A DNA stretch of 52,871 bases, filler included, from Porpidia crustulata (Eukaryota), in NCBI GenBank assembly GCA_964255105.1. It is 22 parts of 22 records of this genome, joined end to end, with 100 filler letters (N's around TTAATTAATTAA, not from the genome) between each part and the next. Parts side by side here need not be neighbours in the genome. Positions count along the whole stretch, not along the records: positions 48,650 to 50,737 come from CAXUWE010002446.1; positions 50,838 to 52,871 come from CAXUWE010002447.1; 20 more parts are not named here. The stretch is one strand, 5' to 3'. Positions 48,650 to 52,871 of this stretch are shown in pieces. Each line of letters starts with the position of its first letter. Position 1 is the first letter of the stretch. The position numbers and the translations under genes were made by a program. The notes under the pieces were generated by a model. That model had not been told where the DNA came from. It made no database searches and was given only the letters and a program-made list of their open reading frames with translations.

Positions 48650-49364
48650 GGGATTGGGTGGCGCTTCTGGTGTGTACGGACCTAAGGGGTTGTGTGGAGG
48701 TCCTGGGTTGGGCGGATGTCCTTGGATGCGTAGAAGTCCTAGGTTGGGTTGAATCTCGCGGGTGTGCCGAATTCCTTGTCTGAGTTAAGTCTCTTGGATG
48801 CGTGGAGGCTCTGTTTCGGGTATTCTGCTCTCCTCCTCCGGAAGATACCGAAGGCGAACTCTTTTGCAGCTCTAGCAGTTTGCTTTCGTGTAGCGTTCGT
48901 TTGCGATGATGGCCATTGAGCATCTGTCGTCTTCTTCGCCAGCTCACGAACCAGACTATCAGCACAGGAGAAACAATAGCTACAAAGATTATCGGTACGA
49001 CGATGATCGCTGTGAGTTTGCTGGTGCTAAGGCCATGCTGCGGAATGGGAATATTTGTTGGAGTACTGGTTGCTTCAGACGCCTGGACAGGTGTCGTGTC
49101 TGTTGTCGCCAACGTCGTGTGAGAAGCCGAACTGATAGGCGCTGCATCTGTCGTGATGCTGCCTGCTTGGTTGTACACAGTGCTGGTAGGACTCGGCGTG
49201 CCGTTCACGCTTGAGTGCTTCACGACACTGGAGGCCGCTGAGCCTACAAGACTGCTTGTAGACGAGTTATCGGGCTCTAGTATTGGGGATGAGCCCGAGC
49301 TGTCACCGTTGTTGTTCGACGAGCGTATTGAAAGGTGCAAGACGTCCTGAATACTGACTGCCAT
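48650..49364 (-). CDS. Single-pass membrane protein with Ser/Thr-rich ectodomain and repetitive cytoplasmic tail, 3' truncated
   Basis: S/T-rich N-terminus, TM segment AIIVVPIIFVAIVSPVLIVWFVSW, RRRR stop-transfer, then hexapeptide repeats. Confidence 0.7.
48655..48812 (-). repeat. Degenerate 18-bp coding minisatellite (xST[HQ]PR-like hexapeptides)
   Basis: ASTHPR DLTQTR NSAHPR DSTQPR TSTHPR TSAQPR TSTQPL RSVHTR. Confidence 0.75.
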
Positions 49365-50837
49365 TGCACTCTGACAAATCACCAGCAAGGTTCAACAAGA
49401 TGACGAGTTCTGTTGATGCAGAAAGGAAATGCACGGGAGGAACGAAATTTATGAAACTCAATGGAGGTACCAAGTCATTGTATGCAAAAGACGGCTCAAA
49501 GGGTGCAAGATGCGCAAACGACAGGCAGAAAATCTATCGAGTGTTCGACTCGACGGCCATGATCGTATCCGTCAAGATCGGTGATGAAACGCAAAGTAGT
49601 GGATATGAATGCTCTGTCATTTTGCCAGCTCCCTTTCGCGCAGGGCGCAGCGGTTCCCATTGTTGTGATCTCAGCCTCGACTACACTTCAGTGACGCAGA
49701 TCGTATGTGTGAGACTAAGAGAGCCTAAGAATTCACGAGGGAAAGCAGCATGAAACATGCAACAGAAACGAGCTTCTTCTTCCAGGCAGTTCAAAGATAA
49801 ATTGGACCCAGTGATAGGGTCAGCTAGCCCCCACGCTCTTTCTTGGCTTCTGCGCAACTTCTAGAAGCCGCCCAAGGATAAGTAGGCGATCTGTATTTTA
49901 GGCGTCGCAGGAGGATCATCGCGAGGTTTAGTTGGGGTTAAGCGCTAAGCGAGCGAGTCTCTGGTTCTCACTCCTGATGAGTATCAAGCAATTCGTGCTG
50001 TAAGATATATCAACTGTTGACTAATAGTGGCTTTCGCCTTCTAATGTAGAAGCTGTTAATTGATGACCAAGAGATTATACATGGCTTCCGTTGGTCCTTA
50101 GGTTCAGCACCACTTATCTTCATGGAATCTTCAGGTCCCCCCTTTACCCGCACCTGGTAAACTGATATAAAATAGACAGGCATATCGAGACATCTCCGAG
50201 ACATACAGGATAAAGCTTTGGTACATATTTGTTGGTACAGATGGTGATTCGTGAAAAATCTGCAAAACCATGTCCGAATTTCTATATTTGACCCCCGATG
50301 TACTGACACATTCAGGCTGGTTATCTATTAATGTCCGGACACAGAAGCGAAAATTCCGGCCTAAAGTCATTTGTTCAGCCTTACATGCGTAAATTTAGGG
50401 TTAGGGCTGATATGGATACGGGATACCTGTTGCTGCCAGCCGAAAGCAGTATCTATCCAACAAACATGAAAATCATATAAAATGGATATCTTGAGTAAAT
50501 TCCGTCATCATCCAAACTGCTTTTAGTACCTCAAATTTCCATCGTAGACTGAAATCTTGCTTGCAATGACGTAACGAGCTTTGCAGTGTTAGATCTGTCG
50601 TTTCTAGCGACTTTTCGGACGCCAATACCAGGACTCCGCAATACCCGCAACCATGGCCACCCCCATGGTACCCGCCACCGGCGCACCAATGCATAACGCC
50701 ACAGCCCGCGGCACCGTTGCGGTAGAAGACGAGGAAGNNNNNNNNNNNNNNNNNNNNNNNNNNNNNNNNNNNNNNNNNNNNTTAATTAATTAANNNNNNN
50801 NNNNNNNNNNNNNNNNNNNNNNNNNNNNNNNNNNNNN

Positions 50838-51547
50838 GGCGGAGGCGCGGGGGCGGCGTATGAGCGTGAGTAGGAGCCTTTGGGGTAGGGAGAGGAGGTG
50901 TAGGGGGGCGGCGGGTCGTCGCCATAGCCTCCCCCTCCGCCGCCTCCGCCTCCTCCGCTGCCGCCGGTTAGGCGCTCGGTGTCGCCGGTGCGGGTTTTGA
51001 TGAAGGCGGAGTAGATGATCCAGCCCACGACGGCAACGAACAAGGCCCAGAACAGGAGCGCTGGCCAGTTGGTACCGCTTCTGGTTTTGGGTCCCGACCA
51101 GTTGTCTCTCCAGCCCTTTTCAAATTTCTCCTCTCCCTTTTCGGTTAACAACAATCGGTACTCGACCCCACAGCTACCCTTCAGCACATACGGATCCTCG
51201 CTGCTGGCGAAGCCCTCGCAAATCACATCCGTAGACCCCAACTTAAAGTCTTCCGGTAGATTTGCTGTGCACGTCCACTGGATACTCTCATTGTCGTAGT
51301 CGGCGCCTTGATTCTTGCAGCGCAGGACGTCGATTTCGTAGTGTTTGCGGGCGTTGCCACCGACACAGGAGAGCTGGGGGACGGCAGGGACACGGTTGTG
51401 AGTGGTAGAGAGGTCTTTGCGTAGGGTGAGTGTTTTGACGTTGGAGAGGAGGATGACGTCTGAGGAAGAGGGCTTGCGGGCGGCGAGTGTGGGGGAGGCT
51501 AGAATGGCGAGGAGGGCGAGGGGGAAGGTGAGGATGGATAGATGCAT
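50838..51547 (-). CDS. SARAF/TMEM66-family protein (store-operated calcium entry-associated regulatory factor-like), 3' truncated
   Basis: Signal peptide; ILLSNVKTLTL, PQLSCVGG, CKNQG...IQWTC, VICEGF...DPYVLKGSCGVEYRL; TM helix; Gly-rich and PPPY tail. Confidence 0.88.
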
Positions 51548-51970
51548 GGTCTTGGAGAGATGGTTTGAGAACGTAGTCTTTTCTAAAGCATAAAGGACGG
51601 ATGTTTTGAGAAGAATGAGATGTTGGAGGGAATGGACAAGTGGTCCCTGCTTGATGGAATTTCATTGGTGGTGGTCATAGCTTTCCGCCTACGTACGTCA
51701 TTGGCCGAGCGGAATGGTTCCGTGACCGTATGTTCCAATTAAGGAAAGTTATCAGGTAAGTTATCAAGTTTTATATGTTGAGAGCCACCACATAGCCTGG
51801 AGCTTTCATTCTTTGGTTGCTGTGGACTCGATGAATCTTGTTCGGACTTCCTTGACTACGTTGGGAGGCATCAGATATTTGTATTCGCAAATAGTCTATT
51901 TCTCGCACCTGTAGTACACTGGCAAGTCCGACACCAATTGCTCAAGAACGACAGTGCATGCCAAGCTACC

Positions 51971-52871
51971 ATGAAGAACCGATTCACTTTTGTCCACGGT
52001 GCGAGCGATTCCTTCAAGCTAGAACAGCTTCAGTTGGATAAGGACACCTTGGATGTCAAGTCTTTGAAAGCTGCTAGAGAAGATCGATCAACTTTCAGCT
52101 TGCATGACCTCCCTGAGGAGGTATTTTCGATCGATTCGAGCAGTGATCTGATCAACGAGACTGATATCTCCAGCTACGACGAGTGCTAAAGCAGTGCCAT
52201 GAGCTGCATATCCGATGGATTTCTTCTGCCTCTTATGCTTCGACTGCGCCTTTCCTTTCCAGGACTTCCCCTGGCTTGCATGTCTTCTTCACTCCGCAAA
52301 GGAATCGTTCGGCGTATGTAAGGATGTGCTTCCGTCTGTTGTTGCGATGTCAAGGCTAAAGTTTTCAAGTGATTTGCTATGTCCATTATTGAAGAAAACG
52401 TTCGGAGACTCTATGAAATGCCCATCACCTGAGGTAATTGATTCTACCCCTGTAAAAAGGAGCTATGCGAACAAAGCTATTAGAAAACCTTCACCCGCCT
52501 GCCAATGATGTCGGACCGGTTTTCCACCTCTACAGTATTCCAATATTATCAGCTATTACCAGCTCTTGAAGATCTTATCACCTACATCCAGCAAAAGATA
52601 TGCCCCGGTCTAGACCCGTCCTGCCTAGCCAAAGCAACGGCCCTCCATACCGCAAACTACCTCGACATCGACTACGACACTATTTCTCAATCTCTAGTCC
52701 TCACCACATTCTATCACACTCCCCCAGACGCCGAAGTCTGGAACGAGCGGATATCGAAGCTCTCTGGATCATCCAAACTTGAAATTGGCGTTCTTGCAAA
52801 CGAATCACCCACCAATCCAGAAGAACTTTCCCTTGGCGGCTTCCTTGCCACTATAGGCGAAGACACCAAAT
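51971..52871 (+). CDS. PBN1: GPI mannosyltransferase I regulatory subunit (PIG-X/Pbn1), 3' truncated
   Basis: MKNRFTFVH...KAAREDR...DLPEE | LRRVLKQCHELHIRW...SPGLHVFFTP...EIGVLANE...EELSLGGFL; multi-exon; divergent from the SARAF-like gene. Confidence 0.78.

Noticed and set aside
50394..50406. TTAGGGTTAGGG (and a similar motif at about 21807-21817) as telomeres
   Set aside because: Only about two units and internal to contigs; the second lies in mis6 coding sequence.
1..52871. Window-wide gene cluster (MFS pump, SDR, ALDH, reductase, aminotransferase) as a secondary-metabolite pathway
   Set aside because: The genes lie on separate contigs ordered by length, so there is no linkage evidence, and no backbone enzyme is present.

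Overview
This window is not contiguous DNA. It is 22 short fungal contigs (about 2.5 kb falling to 2.0 kb, sorted by decreasing length) joined by identical artificial 100-bp spacers (44 N + TTAATTAATTAA + 44 N), so adjacency across spacers carries no meaning. Gene content and intron signals (GT-AG introns mostly 45-110 nt, CTRAY branch points) indicate a filamentous ascomycete (Pezizomycotina). Most contigs hold one or two ordinary, often truncated genes: alkaline-phosphatase-superfamily enzyme, methyltransferase-like protein, Grx6/7-type glutaredoxin, Elongin A, NDC1, Mis6/CENP-I, GRE2-like reductase, ILV6, ARG3, SHB17-like phosphatase, MFS pump, MDJ1, SAP30, SDR, CFD1, AIM25-like scramblase, ALDH, DLD1, class I/II aminotransferase, SARAF and PBN1. 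The non-routine signals are four. (1) An identical 46-bp putative DNA-transposon terminal inverted repeat ends three contigs, always next to TTA and once inside telomere-like repeats; two other contig ends look like transposon termini with the same 17-18-bp internal periodicity. (2) A decayed subgroup-C chitinase-like gene lacks its GH18 core but keeps CBM18 modules and a NucA/NucB-like nuclease motif. (3) A recurrent strand-symmetric C-rich to G-rich skew switch coincides with assembly breaks. (4) Several splicing oddities occur (GC-AG introns, an apparent GT-AT intron, micro-exons). I could not establish a definite new multi-gene system; all family assignments come from motif recognition, not database searches.
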